NCBI GenBank assembly: GCA_012295275.1
Contig: CM022677.1
Span: 18,290,001-18,354,000 of the forward strand
DNA: 64,000 nucleotides
Reading direction: 5' to 3'
Origin: Chrysomallon squamiferum
Lineage: Eukaryota; Animalia; Mollusca
In this document: positions 62,895 to 64,000 of the stretch, piece after piece
Position numbering within the stretch: the first letter of the stretch is position 1
Layout: each line of letters begins with the position of its first letter
Program-made: the position numbers and the translations under genes
The notes under the pieces: model-generated
Database searches by the model: none
Told to the model about the DNA's origin: nothing
What the model saw: the letters and a program-made list of their open reading frames with translations, nothing else

Positions 62895-64000
62895 TAAATA
62901 TATGTATGTATGTATGTATGTATGCATGCATGTATCTATGTGTTTAATAATTAATATAAATGTGTTTGTGTACTTCTTTGTTTTGTTTTGTTTATTTATG
63001 TTTACGTGTAGTCACAATGTTATTTACTAATAATATATTAAATTATATGTGCTCATTTAATATGTTAATGCTGATACTTAGAAAATAAATATTTGTTAAT
63101 TCTTAGCTTATTTATTTATTTATTTATTTATTTATTGATGCATTTATTTTAGCGGAATTGCAGACAGATAGAGATATATAGAGATAGATAGATAGATAAA
63201 CAGAGAGACAGTCAGACAGAAAGATAGATACTGATAGATATTGTACCGTTCATATTATCTTCTCTACTAAAATAAATAAATAAATAAATAGAAATTAAAA
63301 TAAAGTAAAATAAATAAATAAGTAAGTATAAAAATATATAAGTAAAGTAAGTAAGCAATTAAGCAAGCAAGTAAATAAATATCTAAGTAAAATAAACACA
63401 CAAATAAATACTGAAACTGAGAAATCTTACAATTATGAATGGAAATTTTATCCTCACGAAACCAGACTTGTATCGTAATTAAACTGAACTGTTAACCTAT
63501 ACAAATGCTATAGATGTTATTCATACATTTATGGTGTAATACAATTAAATTATTCACCGGATAAATCGATCGAACTAAAATTAGCAAGGACCAACAGGAA
63601 CGATAACTCGTAACGGCACAAGTTACGTCACGGAAAAAAAAGCCTCCAGAAATTTCGCCGATTTAATGGATACAAATAATCCCTAAATATTCTTTTCTGC
63701 TGGGTTCTGAAAGGGGGAACATTGGCAACTACAAAAGTTAACACATTAATGTTATTCTGCATTATAATTTCAGTTTATTATGCACGCATTTGCACAAAAA
63801 TAATCCAGTTTGGAAAGTTCGATTAAGCTGAAAAAGTAGTTAGAAAAAGCGCGTGACATCATGGTTTGGTAACATGAACAATCATCCTTACCTTTATCAG
63901 TGTAAATCATAAAAAAAAGTTTTGAAAAATGGACGCAAAATAATTTAATTTGGAAGTTTAAAAATGTCCGTGAGCTCACGGAAACTTCCGATCGAAATCC

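Overview
AT-rich, microsatellite-dense eukaryotic (animal) genomic DNA with spliceosomal GT-AG introns. The repeat style and gene content suggest a mollusc, possibly a cephalopod, but this is inference. Most ORFs in the supplied track are microsatellite translations. Genes were rebuilt by hand from splice sites: (1) a complete 6-exon Rab11 (minus, 14540-23232, 216 aa); (2) two tandem paralogous secreted Cys-rich peptide genes (plus, 30103-32402 and 34137-36707); (3) a 3-exon STELLO/DUF288-like type II glycosyltransferase with one frameshift (plus, 38422-41714); (4) an unrecognised gene of about 21 coding exons and about 657 aa for a secreted Met/Gly/Pro/Asn-rich protein, whose 4-Cys core is encoded by nine consecutive symmetric phase-1 micro-exons and which may also yield a short GPI-anchored mucin-like isoform (minus, 44486-59987); (5) the first coding exon of a CRIB-motif CDC42SE-like gene (plus, 62662-62805). 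Also present: a pogo-type transposase relic, tandem repeats that copy splice junctions, a degenerate ~70-bp array with a tRNA B-box core, two long palindromes, and a visible CpG-poor to CpG-rich switch near the Rab11 promoter.
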